This document shows, in pieces, positions 1 through 12,908 of a DNA stretch of 64,000 bases. The notes below the pieces were generated by a model. The model saw only the letters and a program-made list of their open reading frames with translations. It ran no database searches and was not told the origin of the DNA. Each line of letters opens with the position of its first letter. Within the stretch, counting starts at the first letter, position 1. The stretch comes from Podarcis pityusensis (Eukaryota): the NCBI GenBank assembly GCA_964106645.2, contig OZ067042.1, one strand, 5' to 3'. The translations under genes were made by a program, and so were the position numbers.

Positions 1-200
1 TATACTATTAATCATTTATATAGCAGTTCTAATGTTCAAAGTGCTTTAAAGTCTTTATACTGCTTGTCCTTGCATGTTATGTGGTAGGTCACTATAATTC
101 CCATTTTGGTTATCAGGAACGGAGCTTAAAATCAGATCAATGAGAGACTTTTTGAGCTTGGATGTGAACCCAACTTCAAACCAGCATTCGATCTACCAGC
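1..200 (-). mobile_element. Degraded MIR/CORE-SINE-like element
   Basis: catttatatagc...aagtgcttt...gtaggt...attcccatttt...tgtgaaccca follows the reverse-strand MIR-like pattern. Confidence 0.45.
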
Positions 201-1288
201 CAGACTGACTCAATATGTGATTCCTATGCGATTCCCAATAGGTTCCTTTGCTTGTAGAAGCACAGTGCAGGTTATGCTTTTATGCATGGAAAGAACAAAA
301 ATGTTTTCAGTATGCACTGAAGCTTCACCAATATTGGTGTATTACCTTATTTCAGCTAAGAGTGTGCGCCCCAGAGAAGGCCCTTTCCCTAGATATCTCC
401 ATATGGATGAATGAAGGCTGTGGAACAACCAGGAGGGCCTTTCTTGGTGATCTTGGTGACCAGGCAGGGAGAAGGTAGCCTGGTTCAAAGTTGTTGAGAG
501 ACTTATACTAAACCCTTCAACTTGCTCAGGTGTCATATCAGCAGTTAGTGCAATGCCTTTAATGACAGTGTTATAGGTCTATCTCAAAAACCTAGCTGCT
601 ATATTCCACACTAATTGCTGCTTCTGGAACAATATTAGGGGGTAGCCCCACAAATGTGTGGTGACCGCTGCAAGTACACCAGAACTTTAAATGTTACTGG
701 CCGTGAAATGAATCTCAGTCATGGGGGAGGGGGGTGTTTTTTGTTTCGTCTTCCTTCAACTATGAGACAATACTGTGCGGTTTGCTAGATAATGCCTTGT
801 AAGCATATGAACCACGGTGCACAAACAAGCTTATGCATTTGCATAATGGATAGGAATCTCTTTGTGTACAGAGTTCTCTACAGCACTGCAAAAACTCCCT
901 TGCATGGAAGCTCTGGGAACAGATCACATCCATAGGGCTCCTGACTGGGACACATAATACGCTTTGCATAGCTAGCCAATCCTATAGTTACAGAGGATGC
1001 TACGTGATATATTTTGCAGACCGCTGTCTACTGGAAATGCTTGTGCATTTTCAAAACATGAAGGAACTGGTATTAAAATCAATGTTTACTATTTCATATC
1101 GCATACATATGGGAGCAAACTGTCTCCTGTTCACTTCGGATATAGCTCTCCTTTGTGCTTTTCAGAGAAGATTTTCACATGCAGATTGTGCACCTGTTTG
1201 CTCTTTGTGTCTAAAGGAGACCCACGCCAATGAATATACAAAGAGAATTTGCATAAGATCCTTGAAATAGCTCCACAAAACACAGTGC

Positions 1289-1291
<3 letters not shown>

Positions 1292-1337
<46 letters not shown>
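1292..1337. repeat. (TA)n microsatellite
   Basis: About 23 perfect TA units. Confidence 0.97.
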
Positions 1338-1340
<3 letters not shown>

Positions 1341-4300
1341 GCTATTTAAATTCTGTGCTCTGAAAGTTGCTTCGTTGTATTAAATTTTGGTGGGTATTCA
1401 GTAGGGGTGCGTGGAGCTGGCATATGTGACATAAAACGTCCTTAATGGTGCTAGCTGCAGAGACTCCTATTTAAGAACTATGTTTTATTTATTTAAGTAC
1501 AAAAACACATCTGGATTCTGAAGCAAGCCAAGAAAGAAATATCTTTTTTTGGCTACTTCTACCCCAACAGCAGCCAAGCTGTTTCCTTTGACCATTATCT
1601 ATACAGCAGCTGCAAAGGACAAGATGTGAATATGCTTTAATTACATTTTTATTTTAAGAGATATTGAGTTGTTCTGCTCTGCTGTATTCCCTATTCTCCC
1701 CAAATCTTTATTATATTGTATGAATGGATTAATACTGAACCCCCCAGCCTTGCCTGGCTTCTTTAAAAACAATTAGGTATACATTCCATTTGTAATTTTA
1801 TTTAAACACATCAATAATTTAGGAGGGTGTATAAGGTAAGACTAATATATAGAAACTAAGCAAGCAAGTAGCAAAACTTTTTTTCCACTGAATCCAAAAT
1901 CAAGCCTCAAGACACCAAGGGCTGCAACTGGAAGATAAATTTGGCACATTTATTTCCATCTTCATCAAAATATAAAGATATATGATAAAACCAATTCGTG
2001 CTAGGCTTGCTGGCTGGAATTCTGTGCAATAACTCATTCCTAGAAACCCTAAGGCTAGGTTTAAGGGTACTTTGCTAGGGTGCCAGAGATATGTGAGAAC
2101 AAAGGAGACCCAGCAGTGCAGATTAAGCAACAGCAAGAGGGCAGGCAAGGAGACCATTCCTCCTGTCTCCCAATACAGTAAACTTTTTTTAAAAAAAAAC
2201 CTACACTTGATCTCATAACTTTTTTAAAGAATGAATGCAGTTTTTGGAATAAAGGCAAAGTGGTAAAGAGGCTAGGAAACCACCAGGGCCAAGGGGGTTA
2301 TTCAGTGTTTGGCAATGAATAGGCACTTTGAATTATTATTACTATTGTTATTAAACACTTATAAAATACCTAACATTTCCTAAGCACTGCATAGAGATTA
2401 AAATATAAGACTGTACCTGTCCGAAGACTCACAACCTACAGGATATGAAAGGAAACAGGAATGTGGAAGGAAGAGGAACGTATCACTATGTGCCTGTTCT
2501 AGGCAGCTGTGTGTGTTTGTGTGTTAGCAGTATAATGAATTCCTGGCTCTTAGGGAACATGTATTTCTCCTTGAGTCCAAGGTAGGTAACCTGAAAAGCT
2601 AAGAGAGGTATGTACACAAAATGTTCAGGAACATCGTAGAGGAGTTCCACTCCTATGCTGTCAGCTCTCCATGCTGTCCTGGAGAAGGAAGATTTTTGTG
2701 TGTTGATGAAGAGCCAACGGTTTATTAGAAGAAATCCATATACTCTTGCATCCAAGATATGTTTGAAAGGGTTTTGGTAGTGAGAGAGTTGGTCATTATG
2801 GTTATTGAGAGATGGGTTTGGGTCAGACATCATGAGTACTTGCCTGGCTTAGAGACTGCAGACATTGTGCACCAAGTAAAACAGGGGTAGAAACCCCTTT
2901 TGGCCCAGCCGGCCAGATCACTATCTTTCCCCACCTCAACAGGCCAACTTTGACAGGTGGGTGGGACAACCCACCTGTCAATCACCTGGCATCATTATGA
3001 CAGTCAGATGCTTGACAGGTGAACTGTGTTGTCTACATGTCGGAGTCTCTTGCATAACACTTTCAATCCAACAACTGGTGATGGGTGGTGAGTTCAAGCC
3101 TGCTTTCTGTAGAGATGAGCTGCAAGATTGGGTTCCCCATAGGGAACTCGGGATTGCAGCTGATTCAGCCACATCTCTATTTTTTTAGATAATAAAAGTA
3201 CACTTATGAATGAAAGTGAGATGCCCTACACAGCCAGTTGTGATTCCATAGTACTTGTAGTACTGAAAGTACTTCCACTGGGTGGTATTTAACTATGTGT
3301 TACTCATTGTTAAACCTACTGAATTCAATGGACCTAACTTAGTCATGTTCATTAATTTAAATGAGTCTACTCTGAGTAATACTACACTTTATAACCACTC
3401 TTTGTAAAATACATTAGGAACGTCTATCTATCTATACACAAACACACCTAAGGAAGGAGTGTCAGTCAACAGCTAAAGAAGAGAAAGATAGTAGACAGTC
3501 TGCATGTCAGCATTTGCAAGTCCATTTTGCCTTAATGGACACTGAGAGTACATAGAAAGCCTCAGTAAGTACTCCAAGACCTTAGAAATGGACTTCTATA
3601 TATCCCAGGTGCAAACTGCTCTGTTTATTGTTTTAATATGTGTGATGTAAATGGATAATGATCTTCCCAAAAGACCAGGAATCATGGTAGCTACCAGACA
3701 TGTTTTTAAGTGTTGTTCAGTTGATTTATTCCTTCCAATTTGAAAACAAAATTAAACAAAACTCTCACTGTTCAAAAGAAGTGTCTAGAGGGCACTGCAT
3801 ATAATTGTGCTTGTTTAGCCTGCAACTGCTAAGCAAACAGTATGACAATACTGGGACATGGGGACATGGAAAGGTTCACTTCAGCTTTCTTGCAGAGAGT
3901 GGGAAACCTCAGCAAATGTATCTGATGAAACCTGATATGGCTATGAGAACCACAATGAAAAGGGATAAAGAAGAATGTTAAGAGGACCAATGGCTTCTTT
4001 CATCAAAACACATTCCTACTGATGAGGGTGGGACTGATGTTCCAAAAACACCAGCCTTTTGTTCATGGCCACTCCAATCTTCTTGTAACATTAAGGCAAA
4101 CTTACTGGGCATTTCTCTGTCCTCATTGCACATTATTAGGGGTTGGTTAAAAGAAAGTTGTAAGTTAGGAGTTATGAGCAGTTTTTACCAACTTGGTGCC
4201 CTCCAGTGGATTTGCTGCCTTCTTTGGCGTCAATGAATCAAATGCACTTCCATGCAAGTTGCATTGATATGAAGAGCATCCATGAAGCTACACTTGCTGG

Positions 4301-4406
4301 ATTATGTACCTTAATTTGATTTTCAATCCAATAATAGTCTGGATCCCACAAGCCATTCACAGGACTGGGCCCTGTTGGATCCCAACTTCTCTGAAAGAGC
4401 ACTAGT

Positions 4407-4657
4407 GGTAAAAAGGTAACGGTAAAGGGACCCCTGACTGTTAGGTCCAGTCGCGAACGACTCTGGGGTTGTGGCGCTCATCTCACTTTATTGGCCGAGG
4501 GAGCCGGCGTACAGCTTCCGGGTCATGTGGCCAGCATGACTAAGCCGCTTCTGGCGAACCAGAGCAGCGCATGGAAACACAATTTACCTTCCTGCCGGAG
4601 CAGTACCTGTTTATCTACTTGCACTTCGGCATGTTTTCGAACTGCTAGGTTGGCAGG
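4407..4657 (-). mobile_element. Sauria SINE (lacertid/POM-type), 5'-truncated
   Basis: Reverse (ACCTTT)-type tail aaaggtaacggtaaaggg, followed by the diagnostic body ggtcatgtggccagcatgactaagccgcttctggcgaaccagagcagcgc...ttcgaactgctaggttggcagg. Confidence 0.92.
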
Positions 4658-5077
4658 CTAAGTTCTAGGCCATTACATAAAAGGCCTCCAGCGCTGCGGA
4701 TCTTCTCCTTTTCCATGCTATGCAACTAGGATTTTCCAGCTGTCCAAAAGAAACTTCCCCTGACAGGGCCAGAAAAAGCAATAGAGTATACAGTTATGCA
4801 CTTTTGACTCCCAGGTTCCCCTGTGGCACATTTACCCATGTGCTGTAAGTTGCAAGTATTTCTAGGCTGTTGCAGAAAACAGAAAAGAAAGATGAGAAAC
4901 AGTTCTGTTGGAACAGTGGGAGCATGTGTCAAGCCCCTAAAGGTGGGCTGTGCATCCTTTTGTCTCTCAGAGGTCCATATACTGGCAGGAGCCACGTACT
5001 AGCAGTGGGCAGATCAGAGCCAGAAATGTATAGGGCTAGAGTCAAAAGTGGGTTTAGTCACCTTTTCTCTATCTGAT

Positions 5078-5383
5078 CATATCAGCACCATTCATATTAT
5101 ACCACTTTAACAGTCATGGCTTCCCCCAAAGGAATTCTGGGAACTATAGTTAAGAGTGCTGAGGGCCATTAGGAAACCCTTCTTCACCTCACAGAGCTAC
5201 AATTCCCAGAATTCCCCGGGGGGAAGGGATTGATCATTAAGCCACTCCGGAAATTGTAGCTCTGTGAGAGGTTCCCTAAGAACTCTCTGCACTCTTAACA
5301 AACCACAGTTTCCAGGATTCTTTGGTGGAAGCCATAAATGTCAGTGGTATAATAGTGTTTTAAAGGTATGGTGTGGATGTAGC
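5078..5383. mobile_element. Palindromic non-autonomous DNA transposon (PIF/Harbinger-like MITE)
   Basis: Long internal inverted repeats (ctcacagagctacaattccc / ggaaattgtagctctgtgag; catggcttcccccaaagga / ttctttggtggaagccat). Related copies at about 45083-45237 and 46103-46320. Confidence 0.7.
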
Positions 5384-6631
5384 TTCTTCTCTCTGCTGCC
5401 CCCTGCTTAATTTTCTCCCTCCTCTCCATGAAATGATATTAAGGGTAACTTTAAATTATGCCAAGGGCCTCACCTCTGTTTTAAAAAGATAGGCAGAATG
5501 TCAAAATTAGCACTAGGGATGGAGAACATTGGAAATGGAAGACAAGCTCTCTCAGTTCAGAAACCCCCAAACCATTATGAGTGAGTCTACCTGCCCATTC
5601 TTAAATTAGCCTCATAGGAAAAATGTGGCGCTATTGGACAATACTAAAATTACATTGGTGGTATTAAACCTGAGATGGCTCATTCACACATGCAAGTCAT
5701 CACTTAGCACTACAGCAATCAAGTGGGTGACTTGCCAGTGTGAACTAGCTCTCAGACAATTACCCCAAATAGATAGGCTCTCAGAGGCAAAACCCACTGA
5801 ACAGCATTTTTGAATGGAAAGAGAACTGCATTCGGTAATCTGTGAAGAAATCCATTTTCATACTCCTGTCGCTTTCAAAAATAGTAATAACATTTTTCTG
5901 ACCAGGAAGCTGGGTTGTGCAATGATAGAGAACGAAAGGCGTAAAGTCAGGAAAGATGAGTGAAAAGTGAGAAAATGAAATAGCATTAAGCAACTTGGAC
6001 GCTGAAATGAATGAAGACAGCGCAAGAAGTAATGATGGCACTTAAAGGAAATATTCATGCTGCACATTCAAACATGAGGACAATTTTCGTTAACCATTCC
6101 CTTTCCAATTTTCCACAAGCATGGAACAATGAAACAGATATCTGAGTGAAAATGCTACCATTCAGATAGGAAAAAGGAGCAAAAGAGAAGGAACGGAAGG
6201 CCTATAAGTTGAAGTTGTATTTTATTCCAGGACTGTGCAATTTAGCAGAAATATACATAGGGAAGTGCAAGCCTTTCATGTGATCTACATATCAAGGGAA
6301 TGCTATCTAGTGCTAAGGACGGATTATGGAAAAAGTTGTTGGGAAGGTCACAGGAGGCAATTCGCAAAACATTGTACTTCAAGCATAAACTAGCCTGTTC
6401 TCTCCGGGCAGATTCAACTAATGAGTCCTGCCAGCAGAGCTAGTAATAAATGCATGAGACAGATGAGGGCTCTACTGCAACTTGAGTATAGATACTTTAA
6501 CATAGGGGTGGAGAGGTGTTGCATAGCACAGAGACTGCAGAAAGAAAAGGCTGGTAGTAATAGAAATCGGAATCTTGGAGCTTAGGGGTTTCTCATGAGC
6601 TCATCTACTGCAACAACACGATTTCCTAGAC

Positions 6632-7064
6632 CAGAAGTTTTCAACTTTTTTGAGTCCACAGCTCCCTTAACCAACTACATTTTTTGTGCGGCAGCCCTGT
6701 GGGGCTCAGGAGCCCAGTTATGTTTCTATTTGCCTGCAGAGCTGGCAGCCTCTTACCCTTTTTCGAACACCCTCCCTTGTGGAGTGTTCCCTCAGACTCC
6801 TCTCTCCAGGCAGCTGCTGTCCCTGGTCTCTGAGCTGCCCCCCGCCGCCGCCCTAAAGAGAGGTGTCTCCCAAAGGCACCATTCACCTATGGAGCTTATA
6901 GCCAGCACTGCTGCAATAAACAGCTGTGCAAGCCTTTGGGAGGCAGACACACGAGAGTATATCAGAGGAGGGAGGGAAGAGTGACAGAGGTCAGTGTTGC
7001 CCACACCCCTGACCATCATTCAAGGCACCTTAGGGTGCCACAACACACTGGTAGAAAACCAATG
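6632..7064. mobile_element. Non-autonomous hAT (Charlie-like) element
   Basis: Perfect 8-bp TSD TCCTAGAC (6624-6631 and 7065-7072). Degenerate TIRs CAGAAGTTTTCAAC / GTAGAAAACCAATG. Confidence 0.8.
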
Positions 7065-7672
7065 TCCTAGACAGATTTCATCTCCCATTTGCCCCAGCCT
7101 GCATGGCCTCCCATCACAGATGATGGGAGGTTTAGTTCAGCAACACAGATTTCCCACTTCTGTTGTAAAATAGCTCAAACTGATGCTTAGTAAGTCATTT
7201 CCATTATGTCATTGAAAGGAATCTCTTTCCCCGTTCAGCCTGCTAAATACCTTTCCTCCTTGGCCCTGTTATCAGGGCTGTAACAAGTCAGAGTCCAAAC
7301 TGAGGGGTTAATCCACAAGAAACTGCAAATTGTTCCAGAAACTATCCACAATTCTACCAAATTATTCTTTCATCCTTTCAAATATGTTTTAATTAAGTGC
7401 TCACTCATGATTATTTGCCAAGAAAATATTACCAGCAGAACTCTGTCTGGAAAAAGTTCGTACATTTCCTAGGTTTCTCCAAGGGAAACCAGGTATTTTT
7501 AAAATGTGTAGACTTAACGAGATGTTATTATTCTGTTAAAGATGTCAGGTTTTCCTTCCTGATTGTCCTGTTCCCTGGCGAAAATACTACTTGCCAGCCT
7601 TCGCAATTTCAGCATCACCAAAGGTTCCTTCTGCTACCTCATTAATCACTCCACTGCCATGTGCTATCTTAC

Positions 7673-8012
7673 CTGCAGATGTAATTCGTCTTGCAAGTAT
7701 CTTGTAAATTCAGGCAGTTTGGTTTCTCCCTGTCCTCATATGAACACGCAGGGACAATAGTCTGCCGTCTCCTCTCTGTACATGCAACGTCTCGGCAGGA
7801 GCAGAAGAGCATCCCATAACTGTGCTTCGGGGGAACTTTGTCGAAAAATTGCCTCAGGGCCTTATGACACTTCCGCTTATTGCAGATTTCATTAGACACA
7901 CTGCTGGTACAGGGGGTTATATAAGCTGATCGGTATTTCTTGCAGGTATCGTTGAGGTTACAAGCTTTTGCTGCATCCAAACAGTTGTTCCCCTTTGATA
8001 TGGCAGGCTCCA
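7673..8012 (-). CDS. GFRA1: GFRA1 internal coding exon (340 nt, phase 1 to phase 2): GDNF-binding cysteine-rich domain D2 and start of D3
   Basis: Translation (V)EPAISKGNNCLDAAKACNLNDTCKKYRSAYITPCTSSVSNEICNKRKCHKALRQFFDKVPPKHSYGMLFCSCRDVACTERRRQTIVPACSYEDREKPNCLNLQDTCKTNYIC(R) closely matches recalled vertebrate GFRA1, including the MLF and RRR motifs and the Cys spacing. Minus-strand acceptor ...CCCTTCTTTTTATATATGTATAG|TGGAG (AG at 8014-8013); donor ATCTGCAG|GTAAGA (GT at 7672-7671). The track ORF's 'M' start is the spliced G|TG Val codon. Confidence 0.97.
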
Positions 8013-10032
8013 CTATACATATATAAAAAGAAGGGAGGGAGGAGAGAAATAGGATTATAGAGTTGCTTCAACATTTGTATTATTAAGATATCAAGGACAT
8101 TTGTCAGCTCAAGAAACTTCTGGCACCAGAGCTGATCATAAACAACTAAAAGATAGGCAGTAGGATTTCAGAGTTACATGTAAGTTCATAGCTGTGATCC
8201 TCAAGCCACCAAGGTGAGCAAACAGCTGGAGATGAGGGTAGGTTATATATGCAGCAGTGTGCAGCCCAATGTACTTCAATGAAAACTAGGATCTACATAA
8301 ATCCCTACTTAGGTGTATCCCCTTGAACGATGCTTCCAGCTCCACCCCCCCCCCAAAGAGAGAGAGTGGGATGATTTTGTGAACATGGACCATGTGGGTG
8401 GGTTACTCATATATGTCCTGGTTCACATTTGAGGTTCTAGATGCATGATCACCTCCACCACTAGGCCATGTACTGCTACTTCTAGTCGCTGGCAGTGTGA
8501 CCACGGGACTTTGAGGATGGCAGTCCCCATGCCATAGTAAAAACCTGTAACTGGCAAAATATCGCTACAACATTCTACAGAATTTCAACATTACTGCAGT
8601 TATAATTATATATTAAACCTCAAGTTTATTTTGTCTACAACACAGTATGCAGAAATGCATACTAAATCCAAGTATAATTTCCATGTAATTTGCAGGGCAT
8701 ATAATTATGCAATATAGGCATAGTAGACACTAATTACTATGTGATTACAGAGTAATTACATGCCTATTTGTTTCTGGAAGGCAAATGCTATGCAGGATGC
8801 CTTAAACTAGGCTGCCTTCAATAAGCAGTTACCAAGAATCTACTGGATAATGGGTTCTGAGTTGTCACATATCAAAACAGAGATTACATTCTTAAACTAC
8901 CATCAGCTCAGGGCCCACCATAGTAGACTGCAGAAAAGAATGAAATAGAGAGGGGAGGTGACGCCTAGACTGGGTCTCAGTTACTCATCACCTTGCTAGT
9001 CTTCCTCAGCGGCACTGAGACCTGAGAGTCTCCAAAGGATTAGAGGAGACAAAGACATACACATTGTTGTTACCCATCACACCAGTCTCTCGTGTCCCAC
9101 AAAGACAGCCTGGTTAGTGTAACCCAGAGTCAAGTTTTATGTTGCCCTTTCTTTTTAATATATATTTACGTAAAGCTGCAAAGTTCAAAAATAACAACAA
9201 CAAGCAAAATGAGATAGGTGCAAATAATATCTCACACTTTTCATGGGCTTTTAAAAAAATCCTAAAGCAGGGAAGCCAACCTGTGACCCTCCAGCTCTTG
9301 CTGGGCAATAGATCATAACTTCAGAACCTCTGTCAAGGCAAAAATAACATTGCATTTTGAAAAACATGAGTTGCACCCAACGATTACATCTCCCCCCGCC
9401 CCAATATGCTGCCAAAACAGTTCTGGGGTTTCCCCAACCCTCCAGAGCAGATTTAAGGGGAGACATGGAGCACACAAGCAGAGGAATGGGAAGTTCCTTG
9501 TGTGAATGGGATACTGGATACAACCCACAATATATCTCCTTATTCTACCCACAAACCACAGATTAGAAAAGCATTACTGCACGTATTGAGATCCCTTTAG
9601 AGTGCCTATGTTTTGCGACATGCAAATTTATGATTAGCAGCAACTGGAATTATATAAAATATGAAAGTATTTAACGTTCAGAACAGTCACACCCCTTAAT
9701 TTTCAGAGCAGTTTGCAGATGCAAGTCACATTAACTTCAACTTGGAACATGCCTGCAGAATACTTTGAGGACATTCTTGATGGTTATTAGGTGATTTATA
9801 TCCTATTTTCTTCATAAATGAGATGAATTTTTCACAGAAGCAGATGTTCAGGCTCAATGTTTATGAAAATCTATGCATCTTCCCCAGTTACACCTGTTAT
9901 TCTGACTTCAGATACAACCTTATGAGGATTCACAGAGAGGGCTGTTAATTTGTTAAAGAGTTAGCACATTTATGATCAGCACAAAACTATTTCCTTCGAA
10001 TCTGGCTGATCTTAATATTGGTAGGACAAGAA

Positions 10033-10180
10033 CATCTTATATCTAATTAAGTGGGTACAATCCAGGCAAAGTCAAGCACTTTGAAATCTCATCAATTTCA
10101 AAGGGAATGTGAAGAAATTTATTTCACCTTCCCCTAAGAATCAATGGGACTTCAAAGTACTTCGCCCTTGCTGGATTGTG
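10033..10180. mobile_element. Short palindromic MITE (GGxTACAATCC...GGATTGT ends)
   Basis: Inverted ends acaatccag / ctggattgt and an internal inverted repeat aagcactttgaaatctcat / atgggacttcaaagtactt. Confidence 0.55.
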
Positions 10181-10523
10181 GTTTGTGTAATTTTGGGTCA
10201 TAAATGTTAAGTCTGAAATCCTAAACACACTTACTAGGGAATGGGATCATCCCTCTGAACACAGTGGGAGTAGTTTCCCAGAAATATGTATAGGCTTGTT
10301 TTATAAATCACAATGATATGTTTAACACAGAATTAAGATGGAGTACAAAGCCTAATTATGGATATCCAGCTATTTATATGTTTAGATTTCTTTTATAGCT
10401 AGGCTTAGTATTTCTTGCATTTGAAATGCTGCTGCTATTTGGCTATTTGCACATAGGGGCAAACCATGTAAATGACATAATGTGTAGTTTGACACCCTAG
10501 AGATCACTGCTTGTTGTTGTAGA

Positions 10524-10641
10524 TCAGCCTTTCCCAAAGGCTACCACTACAACTCCCATCATACGTAACCACTGGCCATGCTGGCTGAGGTTGATGGGAG
10601 ATGCAGTTGAAACTTGTAGAGGGCACCTTGTTGGGGAAGGC
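10524..10641. mobile_element. Hairpin hAT-type MITE (actacaactcccatc family), degraded
   Basis: Shares the core and cagcctttcccaa / ttggggaaggc ends with the 18836 copy. Confidence 0.7.
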
Positions 10642-11780
10642 CCTTCTAGATCATATGGTATCCTAAGAATACTGGTATCCCAATAAGTGAAGCAGCCTGA
10701 AACAGCCTTTCAGATTATATCTCCAAAATAAACCATTATGAATATTTCAGAGATTGCAACTATGGCTTGTATCCAAGTTTCATTTTAAAAAATGAAACTC
10801 CTTTCTCCCCCATGTCTCATATTCTACATCCTGATCACACGGAAGGAAAGATGAGCACACAAGTCCACCTTTCCAGCCCCACTGGGAGGAGTTATCTCCA
10901 GTGTCCAAGCTAGTACGAAGGAGCTGATGAGTTGTTGTTTTCCCTGCTATGTAGCCACAGGGTGTGATGCTTCCGCTTGTGGAAATGTACTAGAGAACTC
11001 CCTTTCCATTTCTCAGAAAGGAAGTGTAAGAAACTCACTGGAGAGGCAGTGTTGCAAAGCTGTAATAGCAAAACTGCTTAGCAAAACCACACAAAGACAA
11101 CTGATACAGGCTTGGGCAGCTATCTCTTATGTTACTACACTATATGATTTCAACACTAAACCAGAGGGAATTATGTATCAGAATAACTTTCTTTATGCAT
11201 CCGGCAGAGAAATCCACTCTCAATCCACAAATGGAAGCTATGTGGAACCAGGCAGTGGTGAGGATTTATGGGTGATTTAGCAAGAAAAACAAGACTTTGA
11301 CTAAACCACATTAATTAATTTAATTTAGAAAATACAGTGTGGCCACTTGTTCTGGCAAACGTCTCCCAGTTCTGCCACTGACTTAGCACATAACCAAGCC
11401 AACTACTATGCTTAAAGTCTCTCTCCCAAGCACATTTATGAAGGAATAATTACCACTGTCACCACAGGGACTTTGGGGCCTGATTTGCAGAGGATGCAGT
11501 GTATAAGCAAACACCTCATCTGTGTTCAAAACATTATTATTTATTTATATATCACACCCAGAGTACATGGTGCTTTACAGGGTACTAAAATGACAGGTCC
11601 TTGACCTGAATTAGCTTACTATCTAAAATCTGACACACAGAGGAAATGACAGTGGGAGGGGAGGGGTAAGCAGGGGAGCAACTTGTGGCTGTTTCTGTTT
11701 TACATACATGATGCACATCCCATCATTTATAACTACATTTACTACAGCCACTGGATCATCAGCATGCAATGTTCATTAGT

Positions 11781-11909
11781 GCAGCCCTCACCAACCAAGT
11801 GCCCCCCAGCCATTTTGGACTGCAACTCCCATCAGCTACAACCAACACATGCTTGCTAAAGGCTGATGTGTCCAAAACATCTGGAGGGCACCTGGTTGGC
11901 AAAGGTTGC
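11781..11909. mobile_element. Hairpin hAT-type MITE (same family)
   Basis: gcagccctcaccaaccaagtgcccc...ggagggcacctggttggcaaaggttgc inverted ends with a ggactgcaactcccatc core. Confidence 0.75.
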
Positions 11910-12853
11910 ATTAGCACATGTGCAGAGTACTCAAGTACTCAAGGCTATTGATTGTGGGCATGTTAATATTACATGAGCACAATTTAGGCAATCCATTCCC
12001 CCAGGCTATAAGGGAGAGCAGGTATGATCATGGCAGCTCTCTCCTTTATCACTGTCACCTTCAGCTACCTGAAAGATTAATTTCTGAAGTGAGGAGGGGG
12101 CTCTCCAAGGTTCTACATCATACAGGGAACCTAGCCAAGTAGAGCAAGGTCCCAGACTGCAGACATTTGCTTATAACATATGGAAAGCAATTGGGAGGGC
12201 AATGGCGGGGATGGAGATAATGCCATTGTCCCTACTGTCCCTCACACAGTGATAATCCCATGGGTGACTAAAACACTCAAATGGGACCATAGATATAAGT
12301 GCATTTAAACACGAAGGGGAAAGCACAGAACAGTAAGCGCTTTAGCTGTGTCCTGCTTAAGTCACATCTTGCTTCAAAGCAGGGTTCCAAAAAGACATTG
12401 CCTTCTGTACCACTGTGTATTAGTCACATCCAGCACTGTTTCTATTCCACTGAAGGTTTTCTTCCATCCAAACCTATGTTATTCCTCTTGCTGCCCACTG
12501 TGGCGCAATTGTGTAACTTACGTAAACTACATAATTACATAAATTACGGTACATTGTCATTACGTTATTCCTTCCAATTCACTTCCATGTAAAGGAAGCA
12601 CCATGCAAATGGTGTGGGAGGGGCACAACTACACATTGTTTCCAGACTGAAAGCAGCCACAACAGCAAATACCAATCATACTCACTGGATTTATATTCGT
12701 TCTTGATATGAGACAAATAAGCAAGCATCAGCAATTTCCACTCCCATTTTCATTTTTGTCAGAGTTCCCTGACATCCCTACTTCCAAGTAAAACATGGGT
12801 GGGATGAGGGCTGATGTGAATAGAGTTAAGATAGGACAAAGGCATGTCGAGAT

Positions 12854-12867
12854 ACACACACACACGC

Positions 12868-12902
<35 letters not shown>

Positions 12903-12908
12903 GAGAGA
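12854..12908. repeat. Compound (CA)n(GA)n microsatellite
   Basis: Read directly from the sequence. Confidence 0.95.

Larger units (their letters stand above)
1..7672 (-). other. GFRA1: GFRA1 intron 3' of the D2 exon (continues beyond the window)
   Basis: Starts at the GTAAGA donor. The next expected exon (SRLADFFTNCQPES...) is not visible in 1-7672. Confidence 0.85.
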
